DNA of 64,000 nucleotides, from the NCBI GenBank assembly GCA_045535305.1, contig JAZSLJ010000007.1:5440-69439 (forward strand). The letters are read 5' to 3'. The position numbers and the translations under genes were made by a program. The stretch's first letter is position 1, and each line of letters opens with the position of its first letter. This document shows positions 19,103 through 28,502 of the stretch, one piece after another. The DNA is from Acutalibacteraceae bacterium (GTDB lineage Bacteria; Bacillota; Clostridia; Oscillospirales; Acutalibacteraceae). The notes below the pieces were generated by a model. The model was given only the letters and a program-made list of their open reading frames with translations, made no database searches and had not been told where the DNA came from.

Positions 19103-21451
19103 TCAGCCTCCGGCAACGGGTGCAGCCGTTGTTGGTGTTGTTGTCTGAACAGGTGCTGCGGGAGTTGTTGTGCCGTTTACAGGCACTCCGTTTTCGGGAG
19201 TTGCAGGTGTTTCGGGAACTGCTGTTGCACATTCGGTGCAGGTTGAGGGAACAGATGATCTCTTATACCAGCCTGTTGCAGTTTTTTCACATTTTGCACC
19301 TGAGATAAGACCTGTCTGCAAACAGTAAGTTCTTTTTACAATTTCATTACTGTATTCAAAAGATTTTGTGGGAAGGTCTGCGTGAATCTTATTCATTACT
19401 GTCTGATAAAGCTTACCGCAATAGTTTGTTGAGAAATCAAGCTCTTCCGCATATTCGGAATAGCCCATCCATACAGAGCAGACGTAATAAGGAGTACCGC
19501 CGATAAACCAACGGTCTTTTTCATCTGATGTTGTACCTGTTTTTGCAAACATATCAAAGCCTGACACTCTGAACGCTCTGCCCGTACCGTTTGATGCTGT
19601 TGCAACAGTCTGCAAAAGCTTATTCATAACATCTGCCGTACCGGGTTCCATAACCTGTTCTCCCGAATCGTTGTGAGTAAGGTATACAGTTGAACCTGAG
19701 CTGTTTGTAACTGTGTAATAGCAGTAAGGCTCGTGATAAACACCGCTGTTGCCGAATGTTACGTAAGCCGCACACATCTCTATTGCATACACACCGTGAG
19801 ACATAGCGCCTACTGCAAGAGGAGCATAGTCGCTGTCCGACTCCTCAAGTGATGTAATTTTAAATGTATCCTTAAGCCAGTTATAGCTCTTTGCAACGCC
19901 GACACTTTTAAGAATCTGTGCAGGAACCGTATTGTGAGAGGGAGCAAGTGCCTGCTGAATAGTCTCAAAGCTATCGGGTGCTCCCGGATCACCGCCGTAG
20001 TTTGTGGGCCATCTTGCACCGTTTACGGTGATACCGTAATTAAGAACAAGCGGATAAGACCATGTGTAACGATTACTGTCAATCGCATAAGAATATACAC
20101 TAAGCGGTTTTATTGAAGAACCGGGCTGACGCTTTGAATCAGTTGCAATATTAAGGCATCTTGCACCTTCTTTTTCGCCTGCCTGACCTATAATACCGAG
20201 GACTCTGCCCTCATAGTCCATAATAACCATACAAGACTGAACCTGTTCACCGTGAGAGTTTGTTGATGTGGGGAAGCCTTTACGGTTATAGTAAATATCT
20301 TCAAGAGTTTTCTGTATTTCGGTATCAACGGCAACGTGAATTTTAAGTCCGCCGTAATATACCATTTTCCATGCTTCGTTATAACTGTAATTGTAAGCCT
20401 CCATAAGGTCTTCGATAACGGATTCAACAACATAGTCTACATAATAACTCTGCACTTCATCATCGTCATTTTTATTTTCTTCAACCTTTATCATTTCATC
20501 GGTTTTATCGTTTTTGTTGGATGCTACATAATCGTCATCAGATGTAAATACAAGGTCGTACTCAACAGCTTCATCATATTCTTCCTGACTAATATAACCG
20601 TCGCGAAGCATACAGTCAAGAGCGTATACCATTCTGTCCCTGTTCTTTTCGTAGTTAAGAATGGGGTTGTTTGCTCTGGGCTCTTGTGTTATAGCCGCAA
20701 TACAGGCACTTTCTGCAAGATTAAGCTCATTTACGTCTTTACCGAAATAGTATTCGGCTGCGGTCTGTACACCGTAACAGCCTGCGTCAAGATAAAGAGT
20801 ATTAAGATATGCTTCAAGGATAGTTTCCTTTGAATAATGCTTTTCAAGGTTGAGTGCGTTAAGAATTTCTCTGTACTTTCTTACATAAGTAACGTCTCTT
20901 TCACCTGTTAAGTTCTTGATAAGCTGCTGTGTGATTGTTGAACCGCCCTGTCCGTCGTACTTGGGAACGATAAGAACAGCAATAGTTCTTCTCCAGTCAA
21001 CACCCTGATGAACGTAAAATCGAGTATCTTCAAGAGCAACAAAAGCTTTTTGCAGTTTATCCGGGATTTCATCAAGATCTACCCAGATACGGTTTTCCTC
21101 GCCGTGAAGTCTTGCAATTTCAATTTCGTTACCTGCATTGTCAAGAGTGTAAAGAATTGTTGTCTGGCTCTGGTTTGCCTTGTATTCATCCAGGTCAATG
21201 GAAACATCGCCGCCGATGAATGCTGACATATAGTTAACAACATAAAGACCCACCGTTGACACGATGATCATACCCGCAAGAAAGATTGAACAGAAAACTA
21301 TTCCTGCTTTTCTTAAACGGGGATGCTCTTTTTTTACGCGCTTTTTTCTTTTTTCCTTTTTGGACTCTTCACCGTTTTCGCCTTCCGCAGAGGAAACGAT
21401 ATTCTCTTCTTCGTTCTGATTTCCGTAACCGGAATCTCTCATTTTATCCAT
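19103..21451 (-). CDS. class A penicillin-binding protein (glycosyltransferase GT51 plus transpeptidase)
   Basis: EDTRFYVHQGVD, GGSTITQQL, SSIKP (SxxK) and KTGT motifs, with an N-terminal TM anchor and a Pro/Thr-rich C-terminal tail. Confidence 0.9.
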   Translation of the reverse strand: MDKMRDSGYGNQNEEENIVSSAEGENGEESKKEKRKKRVKKEHPRLRKAGIVFCSIFLAGMIIVSTVGLYVVNYMSAFIGGDVSIDLDEYKANQSQTTILYTLDNAGNEIEIARLHGEENRIWVDLDEIPDKLQKAFVALEDTRFYVHQGVDWRRTIAVLIVPKYDGQGGSTITQQLIKNLTGERDVTYVRKYREILNALNLEKHYSKETILEAYLNTLYLDAGCYGVQTAAEYYFGKDVNELNLAESACIAAITQEPRANNPILNYEKNRDRMVYALDCMLRDGYISQEEYDEAVEYDLVFTSDDDYVASNKNDKTDEMIKVEENKNDDDEVQSYYVDYVVESVIEDLMEAYNYSYNEAWKMVYYGGLKIHVAVDTEIQKTLEDIYYNRKGFPTSTNSHGEQVQSCMVIMDYEGRVLGIIGQAGEKEGARCLNIATDSKRQPGSSIKPLSVYSYAIDSNRYTWSYPLVLNYGITVNGARWPTNYGGDPGAPDSFETIQQALAPSHNTVPAQILKSVGVAKSYNWLKDTFKITSLEESDSDYAPLAVGAMSHGVYAIEMCAAYVTFGNSGVYHEPYCYYTVTNSSGSTVYLTHNDSGEQVMEPGTADVMNKLLQTVATASNGTGRAFRVSGFDMFAKTGTTSDEKDRWFIGGTPYYVCSVWMGYSEYAEELDFSTNYCGKLYQTVMNKIHADLPTKSFEYSNEIVKRTYCLQTGLISGAKCEKTATGWYKRSSVPSTCTECATAVPETPATPENGVPVNGTTTPAAPVQTTTPTTAAPVAGG

Positions 21452-21474
21452 TTACAAATAATTCTCCCCTGTAA

Positions 21475-21978
21475 TTACTCTGCAGCTTTAAGGTAGTCCA
21501 TTGATACCCAGCCGCGTTTGCCGTTATACTCTATATAGCCCCAGCCTTTTGTTGAGCTTGATGATGAAGCATCGTCAACAAAAAGCACATTCACTGTTGT
21601 ACCGTTGGGAATTGTGGCCATTACACTGTACTGTGTGCCTGCCGTGGGACGCATATTCACCGATGAATTACTGCTTGTTGAAACAACGTAATATCCTGCG
21701 CCGTTAAGCTGAAGATTGCCGTTTGAAGCATCATCATCGGTTGTATCCTCTTCTTTAATATACGAATCGGAAGATACGGCATTATCCTTTTCGGTTTCAT
21801 CCTCTTTACCGCCTGCGACACTTGCAATAATAACAATAACAAAAATCAATGCAATTACAACACCCGTTACACCGATAATAAGAGTACGTTTGTCGGCTTT
21901 GCGGATAAGTTTGATTAAATTTTTAATAAAGTTAGAGAGTTTTTTCTTAAATAAATTCAGATTAAACTTTTTATCCAT
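21475..21978 (-). CDS. membrane-anchored SH3b-domain protein
   Basis: Single TM segment (IIGVTGVVIALIFVIVIIASVAGG) and a C-terminal SH3-like block (VNMRPTAGT..GWGYIEYNGKRGWVSMDYL). Confidence 0.6.
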   Translation of the reverse strand: MDKKFNLNLFKKKLSNFIKNLIKLIRKADKRTLIIGVTGVVIALIFVIVIIASVAGGKEDETEKDNAVSSDSYIKEEDTTDDDASNGNLQLNGAGYYVVSTSSNSSVNMRPTAGTQYSVMATIPNGTTVNVLFVDDASSSSSTKGWGYIEYNGKRGWVSMDYLKAAE

Positions 21979-22097
21979 AAGAATATACCTCCTTAATCAT
22001 TGTAATTATAACAGAGGCGGTTATAAATTTCAACACTTATAACAACTTTGTAATACTATTTTTATATACATAAAATAACACAAATCTTCAAAATTTA

Positions 22098-22133
22098 CAC
22101 ATAAAATAAAGCTACCCTTAAAATAGGCAGCTT
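22098..22133 (-). terminator. terminator downstream of the pseudouridine synthase gene
   Basis: On the minus strand, AAGCTGCC-loop-GGGTAGCTT (8 bp including one G-U) followed by a T-rich run. Confidence 0.5.
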
Positions 22134-22147
22134 ATCAAACATTAAAA

Positions 22148-23113
22148 TTATATTGTGTTGCCGTAAAAGGCATCTCTGAACCATACCTCATCGGCTTCAA
22201 ATTCTTTGCCTGTAAGATAGGATAAAATCCCTGCATCCGAAGTAAAAGCAAAACCTACTCTGTATGAATAAAGGCATTGTTTTTTGTAACCGCCGAATTT
22301 TTTATTAAGTTCATTGGTGCCGTACTTTCCGTCGCCGAGAAGCGGACATCCTATTGAAGCAAAATGCGCCCTTATCTGATGTGTTCTGCCTGTATGAAGC
22401 CTTACATCAACAAGGCTCAGGCCGTTTCGTGTTTCAAGCACGTTATACTCCGTTATCATTGTTTTTCCGCCTTCAACAGGGTGAGAATAAACTCTGACTT
22501 TATTCTTGTTTTCATCCTTTATCATATAAGATGTAAGAGTTGTACTTTTCTGTTTCGGGCAACCGATAACAATGCACAGATAACGCTTATCAATCTCGCG
22601 ATTTTTGATTTTTTCATTAAGAATACGCAAAGCTTCGGCATTTTTTGCGGCGATTACTATTCCGCCCGTATTTCTGTCGATTCTGTTGGCAAGAGCAGGC
22701 GTAAAGGAGTTTTCCGTTTTAGGGTCATACTCCCCTTTTTCATAAAGATAACGCATAACTCTTGTTATAAGCGTATCAACATATTCTCCCTCATCGGGAT
22801 GCGACAAAACACCCGCTTTTTTATTAAGCAGAATTATATTTTCATCCTCGTAAACAATATCAAGGCTTGCGGGAGCTTTCAAAAAATCATAATTATCCTG
22901 CGTTGCTTCAAAAAATTCATCGTTTATATACATATCCACAACATCGCCTACGCAAAGTCTTGCTGCGATATCGCTTTTTTTACCGTTGACCTTAATTCGC
23001 TTCAATCTTATATACTTATACATCAGATTTTTGGGAAGCATCGGAGCAACCTTAACTATAAATTTGTCAAGACGCTTATCAGCATCGTTTTTTGCTATAA
23101 CAAAAGATTTCAT
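22148..23113 (-). CDS. RluA-family 23S rRNA pseudouridine synthase with N-terminal S4 domain
   Basis: RLDKF S4-like N-terminus, NRIDRNTGGIV catalytic-Asp motif and GRTHQIRAH motif. Confidence 0.9.
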   Translation of the reverse strand: MKSFVIAKNDADKRLDKFIVKVAPMLPKNLMYKYIRLKRIKVNGKKSDIAARLCVGDVVDMYINDEFFEATQDNYDFLKAPASLDIVYEDENIILLNKKAGVLSHPDEGEYVDTLITRVMRYLYEKGEYDPKTENSFTPALANRIDRNTGGIVIAAKNAEALRILNEKIKNREIDKRYLCIVIGCPKQKSTTLTSYMIKDENKNKVRVYSHPVEGGKTMITEYNVLETRNGLSLVDVRLHTGRTHQIRAHFASIGCPLLGDGKYGTNELNKKFGGYKKQCLYSYRVGFAFTSDAGILSYLTGKEFEADEVWFRDAFYGNTI

Positions 23114-23889
23114 TAAACAATAACTCCGCTTTCCTCAAGCTCCGCACGAATAAGCTCGCCCACAGCCCTCTTTTCTGCTTTGAGCTGTTTTCTTGCAATA
23201 CTGTTCATTACAATATTAACAATAAACAAAGCCATACCTACAAACAGACCTGATGAGAGCTTTATACTCATAATTTCGGGGATTGCAGAAGCAAGCATTG
23301 AAGACGAAACAACTACGCATACCGCCGCAGCAATAAAAAACACAAGACTCATTACACAACAGACGATATTGCCCTTTGCATGATAACCAAAACCGGAAAT
23401 GAGTATAACAACAAAATTAAGTACACCCGCTACGACTCCGAGAAGCACAAGTGCAAGTGCAACATAAAGCAGAATAAATGCGGGACCGGACCTTTCAAGG
23501 AACATAAAATTAAACATGGAGCCAATATCGCTAATATCAATATTACCGTTGACAAATGCAAGCACGATGCTCAGAACTGACACACCCTCGCTTCCTGAGG
23601 AAAAGGGCAACGCAGTTGTAACCGTTACCATAGGAAAAAGGAAAAATACAAGAGGTGCAAAAGTCAGAGCAAACCTTGCAATTCTGAATTTATTGCCGAA
23701 AAGAGATGATTTAAATGCGCCGACTGTTCTTCTGAATGATTTAAAAGATGCTTCTGCATTCTCCGCATCCTTATCAAGCCTTTCCTCCCAATTATAGTTG
23801 GGAATATTCACTTTACATACAGGACATTCCGCTTTAATATCTATCAAACGCAGTCTGTAACCGCAATGAGGACATCTTGCCATTTTCAT
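23113..23889 (-). CDS. zinc-ribbon polytopic membrane protein of unknown function
   Basis: MKMARCPHCGY..CPVCKV followed by about 6 TM segments. The start was trimmed to the ATG at 23887-23889 just below the upstream gene's stop. The stop overlaps the rluA-family start. Confidence 0.55.
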   Translation of the reverse strand: MKMARCPHCGYRLRLIDIKAECPVCKVNIPNYNWEERLDKDAENAEASFKSFRRTVGAFKSSLFGNKFRIARFALTFAPLVFFLFPMVTVTTALPFSSGSEGVSVLSIVLAFVNGNIDISDIGSMFNFMFLERSGPAFILLYVALALVLLGVVAGVLNFVVILISGFGYHAKGNIVCCVMSLVFFIAAAVCVVVSSSMLASAIPEIMSIKLSSGLFVGMALFIVNIVMNSIARKQLKAEKRAVGELIRAELEESGVIV

Positions 23890-23909
23890 AACCCTTTCTT
23901 TATGTAATC

Positions 23910-25412
23910 TTATGTATAATTTATTGCCACTGCAAGAAGCATAAACACAACAGACAGTACACCTTCCACCGCAAAAAGTTTCCATGACCATTTAAGCCAT
24001 TTTTTATAAGAAACACCAATCATACCTATGGCGATTATCATTATTCCGCTTGTGGGGAACAGCAAATTAGTAAAACCGTCTGCCATACAGAATACCATTA
24101 CCATTGACTGCCTTGTAACGCCGAGGAGGTCGCACAGCATACTCATAAGAGGAACTATAAGAAACGCCTTTGCGGTACTGCTGCCTATAAAGAATTCAAG
24201 CACCACAATAAACACAAACATAAGCAGAATTGCCGTATAGGGCGACACTCCGCTCATTACGGTATCTATTGCATAAAGCAAAGTATGCATAATTCTGCCT
24301 TCGTCAAGAATGTATGTTATTGCAAGAATACAAATTACAAGCGGCACAATCGGTAATGCGGTTTTTACACCTTTGCCGAATGCCTTAAAAAGATTTTTAC
24401 CTTTAAGACCTGCAAGTCTGCCTGCTATCAGTCCGCCTACGGGGAAGAAAACCGCCATACAGCCCAGTGATGCAACACTGCCTATATCGCTGAGTATATC
24501 GTTATCTGTATACGCACCCGCATAGCTCATAACAAAGGATGTTACTATACCTGCAAGCACGGCAAAAAGACAGCACACAAAAGCTTTTGTTGCACGTCTT
24601 ATATTATCGTCTTCAAGCACGCTCATTGATTCTGACATTGAATACTTTTCTCTGTTGGCATTATCACTTTCATAAGCAATAGAGAGTCGGGGATTTTTTT
24701 CAATTTTTTTTGCATAGCGTATGAGAAATACAGTAAGAGTTATATATACAGCAACAAAAAATATAACTCTTAATCCCAGACCTGAAAAAACCTCAAGACC
24801 TGCAAGCTTCTGTACGGTAGCAACGTTAAAGGGGTTAAATGTTGCGGCAGTAAAGCCGAATGCTATTGCTACAAGGCTCATACCGAGTCCCAGCAGAGAA
24901 TCCCATCCCATAGCAAGCGAAACTGCAACGGCAATAGGTACAAGAGTAAGACTTTCTTCAAGAATACCTGCACTGGAGCTTAAAATCATACAGGCAAGCA
25001 CCATAACGGCAATAAGCAGATAAGGACGGTTGCGGAATTTATTTACAATAACAACCATTATGTATTTCAGCACGCCGATTCTGTCAAGAATCAGGAATGT
25101 GCCGCCGATAAGAATGATTATAGCCATAATCATAATGCCCGTAGATGCATTATCGCCTAAAAATGCAAGCACGGGTGATGCAACGATTTTCCACAGCGGT
25201 AATGTATAATCTTCAAGCTGGGCATAAGTGCCGTCAACTATAGAGCCGTTGGCATCCACCATATATTCACCTGCAGGCACAACCTGAGTAAGTATACCTA
25301 CAAACACAAGCACACCAAGCAATACGGCAACTATACTGAATACCGTCTTTTTGTCTATACTCAGACCTTCCGACGGGGCAGTCTGTTTTATTTCTGAAGA
25401 ATTTTTATTCAT
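23910..25412 (-). CDS. YfcC/DcuC-superfamily anion transporter
   Basis: 500 aa and highly hydrophobic, with overall resemblance to YfcC-type (C4-dicarboxylate anaerobic carrier-like) permeases. Confidence 0.7.
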   Translation of the reverse strand: MNKNSSEIKQTAPSEGLSIDKKTVFSIVAVLLGVLVFVGILTQVVPAGEYMVDANGSIVDGTYAQLEDYTLPLWKIVASPVLAFLGDNASTGIMIMAIIILIGGTFLILDRIGVLKYIMVVIVNKFRNRPYLLIAVMVLACMILSSSAGILEESLTLVPIAVAVSLAMGWDSLLGLGMSLVAIAFGFTAATFNPFNVATVQKLAGLEVFSGLGLRVIFFVAVYITLTVFLIRYAKKIEKNPRLSIAYESDNANREKYSMSESMSVLEDDNIRRATKAFVCCLFAVLAGIVTSFVMSYAGAYTDNDILSDIGSVASLGCMAVFFPVGGLIAGRLAGLKGKNLFKAFGKGVKTALPIVPLVICILAITYILDEGRIMHTLLYAIDTVMSGVSPYTAILLMFVFIVVLEFFIGSSTAKAFLIVPLMSMLCDLLGVTRQSMVMVFCMADGFTNLLFPTSGIMIIAIGMIGVSYKKWLKWSWKLFAVEGVLSVVFMLLAVAINYT

Positions 25413-25532
25413 AATTATTCACCGGATTTGAATATTGATTAAATTTATACTCATTAATTATATACAAAATAAACATCAATTACAAGATTATTCAAAAATT
25501 TTTTATTTTTTTCAACTTTTTTAATTTAATGG

Positions 25533-25561
25533 TTGTAATTTCCGTTTTACGGTGCTATAAT
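25533..25561 (+). promoter_or_regulatory. extended -10 promoter of the GH35 gene
   Basis: TTGTAA-17 nt-TGcTATAAT. Confidence 0.55.
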
Positions 25562-25629
25562 GGTATAAATTATTATGTGTTATTATGCAAATAAACTTTT
25601 ATGAAAGCACGGACAGGAGCGATTAGTAA

Positions 25630-27411
25630 ATGGAAACAACTAAAACTTTTGCCATCGGCAAAGACGGCTTTACTCTCAACGGTGAACCCTTTACCGTTGT
25701 TTCGGGAGCTATACATTATTTCAGAATTCCTAAGGAATACTGGCGCGACAGAATGCTCAAGCTCAAAGCTTGCGGTTTCAACACGGTAGAAACTTACGTT
25801 GCATGGAACTGTCATCAGAAGAATGAAGATACTTTTGATTTCAGCGACAACAACAATATCGAGGAGTTTCTTGACATCGCCGCAGACCTCGGTCTTTATG
25901 CTATCGTAAGACCCGGTCCGTACATCGGCGGTGAATGGGAATTCGGCGGCTTCCCCTGGTGGTTGCTTAAATATGACGATATTGAGCTTCGTTGCATGAA
26001 TGAAAGATACATAGGGTTTGTAGACAAATACTTTGACGAGCTTATTCCCAGACTTGCAACTCACCAGATCACAAAGGGCGGCAACGTCATTATGGTTCAG
26101 GTTGAAAACGAGTACGGAAGCTACGGCAACGATGCTAAATATATGCAGTATGTTGCGGCAGGTCTTATCAACAGAGGTATTGACGTACCTCTTTACACCG
26201 CTGACGGTATTGAAGACCATATGATTGCAAACGGCTCTATTGACGGCATTCTCAAAACCGTTAAATTCGGTGCTAACCCCTCTGTTAACTTCCCCTATCT
26301 TCGTGAGTTCCAGCCCGAAGGCCCTCTTATGTGTTCCGAATTCTGGAACGGTTGGTTTGACCAGTGGGGTTACAGACATTACGAAAGAAGACCTCAGGAC
26401 GCGGCACGAAGCCTTCAGCGTATTATGGCTGACGATGCATCTGTTTCTGCTTATATGTTCTGCGGCGGTACAAACTTCGGCTGGATGAACGGCGCAAACT
26501 TTGACACAGAGTACAAGCCCATCGTAAACAGCTACGATTCCGACGGTGTTCTTACCGAAAGCGGAGATATTACAAAGAAATACGAGCTTTTCAAAAAGAC
26601 TATTGCAAACCACGTAAAGCAGGAAGAAGAAACTACTCTTGATCCTCAGGTTCCCAAGGCAAAGTACGGTGCTATCCCCTTTACACATTGTGCAGGACTT
26701 TTTGAAAATATAGATAAGCTTTCCAGCGCGTTTGAATTGCTCAAACCCGTTCCCATGGAAAAACTCGGTCAGGGTTACGGTTACATTCTTTACAAAACTC
26801 ACATCAAAGGTCCAAGCGATTATCAGCCTCTCGTTATTAAAGAAGTACACGACAGAGCTTACATTTTCGTAAACGACGACCTTTATGCTGTACAGTCAAG
26901 AAATGACGAAGAATCAATCGTATCACTCAGAGTTCCCGCAGAAGGCATTGAGCTTTCAATTCTTGTTGAAAATATGGGCCGTGTAAGCTTCGGTCATGAG
27001 CTTAAAGATCATAAGGGTATCACCGAATATGTAAGACTCGGACAGAACTATCTTTACAACTGGACTGCATATCCTCTTGAGCTCAACGACCTTTCAGTTA
27101 TTGATTTCAAGGCTGAACCTGATATGGTATTTTTTGACCATCCCACATTCTACAAAGCTCAGTTTATCATTGAGGAAACACCTGCCGATACATTCGTAAA
27201 ACTCCCCGATTTCACAAAGGGTATGATTTTTGTAAACGGCAAACCTCTTTCAAGATATTGGAGCAAAGGCCCTCAGCTTTCTGCATATCTTCCCGCACCG
27301 TTCCTTAATAACGGAGTTAACGAGATTGTCATTCTCGAACTTGAAGGATTCAAAAAAGGCAGAAAGAATCCCGTTGTAGTTCTTGACAATCATCCCGAAC
27401 TTGACGGTTAA
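25630..27411 (+). CDS. beta-galactosidase (GH35)
   Basis: GAIHYFR.P.EYW.DRL.K.KA.G.NTVETYV.WN.H and VENEYGSYG catalytic blocks. Confidence 0.9.
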   Translation: METTKTFAIGKDGFTLNGEPFTVVSGAIHYFRIPKEYWRDRMLKLKACGFNTVETYVAWNCHQKNEDTFDFSDNNNIEEFLDIAADLGLYAIVRPGPYIGGEWEFGGFPWWLLKYDDIELRCMNERYIGFVDKYFDELIPRLATHQITKGGNVIMVQVENEYGSYGNDAKYMQYVAAGLINRGIDVPLYTADGIEDHMIANGSIDGILKTVKFGANPSVNFPYLREFQPEGPLMCSEFWNGWFDQWGYRHYERRPQDAARSLQRIMADDASVSAYMFCGGTNFGWMNGANFDTEYKPIVNSYDSDGVLTESGDITKKYELFKKTIANHVKQEEETTLDPQVPKAKYGAIPFTHCAGLFENIDKLSSAFELLKPVPMEKLGQGYGYILYKTHIKGPSDYQPLVIKEVHDRAYIFVNDDLYAVQSRNDEESIVSLRVPAEGIELSILVENMGRVSFGHELKDHKGITEYVRLGQNYLYNWTAYPLELNDLSVIDFKAEPDMVFFDHPTFYKAQFIIEETPADTFVKLPDFTKGMIFVNGKPLSRYWSKGPQLSAYLPAPFLNNGVNEIVILELEGFKKGRKNPVVVLDNHPELDG

Positions 27412-27412
27412 T

Positions 27413-28063
27413 ATGTCCTTTTCACAAATAATATTTTTTGCAGCAGAGCTTATAGGCACTGCTGCATTTTCCATAGCGGGCACATTGGTTGCCATTCGCC
27501 GTGAGCTTGATATTTTCGGCGCAGTCGTAGTTGGAACGGTAACGGCTGTAGGCGGCGGATGTTTAAGGGATATTCTGCTTGGTCAGTTTCCGCCAATGAT
27601 GTTCAAAACACCTGTATACGCCACATTGGCGGCAGTATTGGCAATAGTTGTATTTATACTTGAATACATAATCGCCGCAAGAAGAATCCTTGAATCAAAA
27701 ACTTATGAAACGGTAGTAAACGTTTTTGACGCGCTGGGGCTTGCGATATTCGTTGTTGTAGGTATAAACACCGCATCCAAAAGCGGATACGGCGACAACG
27801 CATTCTTATCGATATGCGTTGGTGTACTGACGGGTATAGGCGGCGGCGTTATAAGAGATTTGTTTGTCGGCACAGTTCCTATGGTGCTTAAAAAACACAT
27901 TTACGCTCTGCCTGCCATAATAGGCGGAATTATATATTATTATATTATTCTTTTCAGCGCAAATGAATTTGCTGCCGTTATCGTAACCATTGTTTTTATT
28001 ATGGTTATAAGGATTCTTGCGGCGCATTTCAAATGGGATCTGCCAAAAATCAAGCAAAAATAA
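27413..28063 (+). CDS. trimeric intracellular cation channel (TRIC/UPF0126, YadS-like) family protein
   Basis: Duplicated GT..AVGGG..RD(I/L) motif (TAVGGGCLRDIL and GIGGGVIRDLF). The ATG lies 1 nt after the GH35 stop. Confidence 0.85.
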   Translation: MSFSQIIFFAAELIGTAAFSIAGTLVAIRRELDIFGAVVVGTVTAVGGGCLRDILLGQFPPMMFKTPVYATLAAVLAIVVFILEYIIAARRILESKTYETVVNVFDALGLAIFVVVGINTASKSGYGDNAFLSICVGVLTGIGGGVIRDLFVGTVPMVLKKHIYALPAIIGGIIYYYIILFSANEFAAVIVTIVFIMVIRILAAHFKWDLPKIKQK

Positions 28064-28071
28064 AACCACAC

Positions 28072-28100
28072 TTGACAAAGTGCGGATAATACCATATAAT
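28072..28100 (+). promoter_or_regulatory. promoter of putative antitoxin sRNA 1
   Basis: Consensus TTGACA-17 nt-TATAAT. Confidence 0.65.
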
Positions 28101-28106
28101 ATAAAT

Positions 28107-28203
28107 GCAAGGTGTTACCGATAGACGGTTGCACCCTCTAAAGAAATTGAGTTAAAAGTTATAACCGCTTATCTTTGCAGGGATTGGGCGGTTATTTCTT
28201 TTT
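28107..28203 (+). ncRNA. putative type I antitoxin sRNA 1 (convergent, 3'-overlapping)
   Basis: No ORF. The 5' hairpin is GGTGTTACCG-ATAGA-CGGTTGCACC followed by CCCTC. The terminator ATAACCGC..GCGGTTAT (28161-28195) plus TTCTTTTT overlaps the toxin stop codon. The ends are estimates. Confidence 0.5.
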
Positions 28204-28290
28204 ATGCTGATAAATCGAAACAAGTAATCCGATAATGCTTATAATTATCATAGTAAACGCAAAAAGCGATTCATATGTAACGAACTGCAT
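28192..28290 (-). CDS. type I toxin, Hol_Tox-like small hydrophobic peptide (32 aa)
   Basis: Hand translation gives MQFVTYESLFAFTMIIISIIGLLVSIYQHKKK. AAGGGGGTGG SD lies 4 nt upstream and is buried in a CACCCTC-GTAA-GGGGGTG hairpin. The ORF is below the track's length cutoff. Confidence 0.7.
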   Translation of the reverse strand: MQFVTYESLFAFTMIIISIIGLLVSIYQHKKK

Positions 28291-28356
28291 CTGACCACCC
28301 CCTTACGAGGGTGTGGATTCAACCGCCTACCGTTTAAGGTAGCACCTTACAACAGG

Positions 28357-28385
28357 AGTATACATATTTTTACTGTTATTGTCAA
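28357..28385 (-). promoter_or_regulatory. promoter of toxin 1 mRNA
   Basis: TTGACA-17 nt-TATACT on the minus strand, giving a leader of about 60 nt. Confidence 0.65.
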
Positions 28386-28502
28386 CATTTTAAATAAACA
28401 CTTAATTTTCACATATCTATGTTTTGGCGGTTTTTACTATTGCGAAAAAGGTCGTATAAGAGTAATATATATTAGTATAAATATTAATTAGAAGGTGCTA
28501 TT

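Noticed and set aside
19101-19232. 44-codon N-terminal extension of the ruvX ORF (Cys/Asn/Arg-rich)
   Set aside because: It overlaps the C-terminal coding region of the PBP gene. The conserved RuvX N-terminus (MAVDYG) begins right after the PBP stop, so the start was set at 19100.
22364-23116. 250-aa plus-strand ORF
   Set aside because: It is antisense to the RluA-family pseudouridine synthase gene. The translation is low-complexity and I/F/K/N-rich, typical of the reverse frame of an AT-rich gene.
25573-26850. 425-aa minus-strand ORF
   Set aside because: It lies entirely antisense to the strongly recognisable GH35 beta-galactosidase gene. Its composition is odd (C/F/V/N-rich), it has no SD and no recognisable motif. 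It is an antisense-frame artefact.
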